Below are positions 62,477 through 64,000 of a DNA stretch of 64,000 bases, piece by piece; position 1 is the first letter of the stretch; the number at the start of each line of letters is the position of its first letter. The stretch is from positions 310,001-374,000 of the forward strand of contig JAKMXF010000307.1 in NCBI GenBank assembly GCA_024704765.1, in the 5' to 3' direction. Origin of the DNA: Oopsacas minuta. Lineage: Eukaryota > Animalia > Porifera. A program made the position numbers and the translations under genes. The notes beneath the pieces were generated by a model that made no database searches, was not told the DNA's origin, and saw only the letters and a program-made list of their open reading frames with translations.

Positions 62477-64000
62477 GTGAAGTTGGTATATTGAATGAAT
62501 AAACAAAGGATTAAATATAAGTCAAACTCTAAGTTATGATTCAAAATCAAAATATAAATCGAAATCAAGGATGTCATGGCTACATACATAACAATAGGAA
62601 AGCAAATCATATGCAATTTAGGACTATAGCCGTTTGTCACTAGCATGAAGCAGGCCTGGGTAATCGAGTCTACGAGCCCGGCCAGAGCCCACGATTCGTT
62701 CGAGCCAAGGGTGATTCGAGCTTCTGATCGAAACGGAGAAACGAGGACAAGCCTATAGGTACAACTATAGAATCGGACACCCCACAACTTTTTTAATGTA
62801 GTCAAAAATCGCTATATGCACCGTTGAAGAACTCGTTGAGAGAAGCTGATAGAGCTTTCGAACTCAAAAATCGGATGGAAACTGACGAAGTTACGAAAAA
62901 TCTCCTAAATAAGGCAAATCCTATGGAGAAAATTGAATTAGCCACTATCTGAAATAATGCTGATGAATTCTATACAAACTATCATAGGAATGCACATTAA
63001 ATCAATCTTGCGGTTATCAACGCTTGCGTCAGATGATTGATTCTTTTATGAATTTATTAACTTGCGTAATTTGTAGTTATTACTATTAAGAACGGTCAGT
63101 TTAAACCTGGTGTGGCCTGGTTCCCAAAGGTGCGAAAACCTGGTCAACCGTGTATCTCGAAAACTATAATTCGCATCGCTTAGCTTTAAAAAGGAAAACG
63201 GTAGGTCTTGGCCTCATCTAGCCAAAAAATACCACTTGGACCACATCCAGCTATCCTAACAATAGGCGTTATGCACTATTAATGTTGCCAAATAATCATC
63301 AAGTACATTTCAAAGATATCTTAACTAAGATTCATTTGTTGCTTAGAAAAACACATCTTGAACTAAGATGAATGATAAAGACATTTCAGTATCACCAAAT
63401 TTACTCTGTTGGTGATACATATTAGTTGTTTAGTATATCCGTACATGCAGCTTCTTTACATAATGATTCTAGAGGTTTGTTACTAGCCTCACAGTCCCCA
63501 TTACAGCTATACAGTTAGTTTCCGGATACAAAGTGGCGTAACATGCTACCATGGGCGCAATTCCCGGGGAGACGGAGGAGGGAGTGTCCCCCCACTTTTG
63601 ATTAATTTGCGATGATGTACGGATTTTGCGATCATTTTCGTACCAAATCACAAGATTTTACAATTCGTCCCATAATTTATGGATCTATGCCCTTGTTTGC
63701 CAGCGCCATCCCTCGTTCATGTTCCAAGTTAATATATTTTGCTCATAATTTACACATTCTTTGCTAAGGTTAGTGTGGTTATAATGTAGTTTGTGCAAAT
63801 TGGGTTCCAGCACTGATTCCCATTATATTTTTCAGATTGGCCAAAGGAATATCCATAGGAAATACGTGGATTGTTAAACCCACCATGCACGATCCAACTT
63901 TATCGATTGCAACTGTTGTATGCAACAAAATTGCATCGTGTAAGGTGGCCTTTAGGTTATATTATACCTGTGTATGATTTGACTGAAATTCCCACAATTC

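Noticed and set aside
810-63651. The many 60-120 aa ORFs antisense to or overlapping transposases, or in AT-rich spacers
   Set aside because: No domains or splice support; expected by chance or as shadows of TE coding strands.

Overview
AT-rich eukaryotic (animal-like) genomic DNA with no prokaryotic features. One host gene is recognisable, on the minus strand: a Dbl-family RhoGEF (DH-PH). Its three clear coding exons (about 62476-62123, 21695-21429 and 8479-8204) join in phase 0 through canonical GT-AG introns of 40,427 and 12,949 bp. The introns are a graveyard of mostly cut-and-paste transposons, roughly half the window by my own tally. They include three Chapaev3-like elements (two near-identical and inverted around the middle exon), several mariner DD34D relics, DD37D/maT elements (one with an intact ORF), twin Tc1-like copies, a hATm-like element with unusual 369-bp TIRs, a Buster/Charlie-like hAT, P/THAP-, Ginger-, Academ- and Gypsy-like relics, pogo-like MITEs, Helitron-like ends and a ~510-bp palindrome. 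Family names come from remembered motifs, not database searches. TIR/TSD coordinates and splice junctions were read directly from the sequence. Relic boundaries are approximate.
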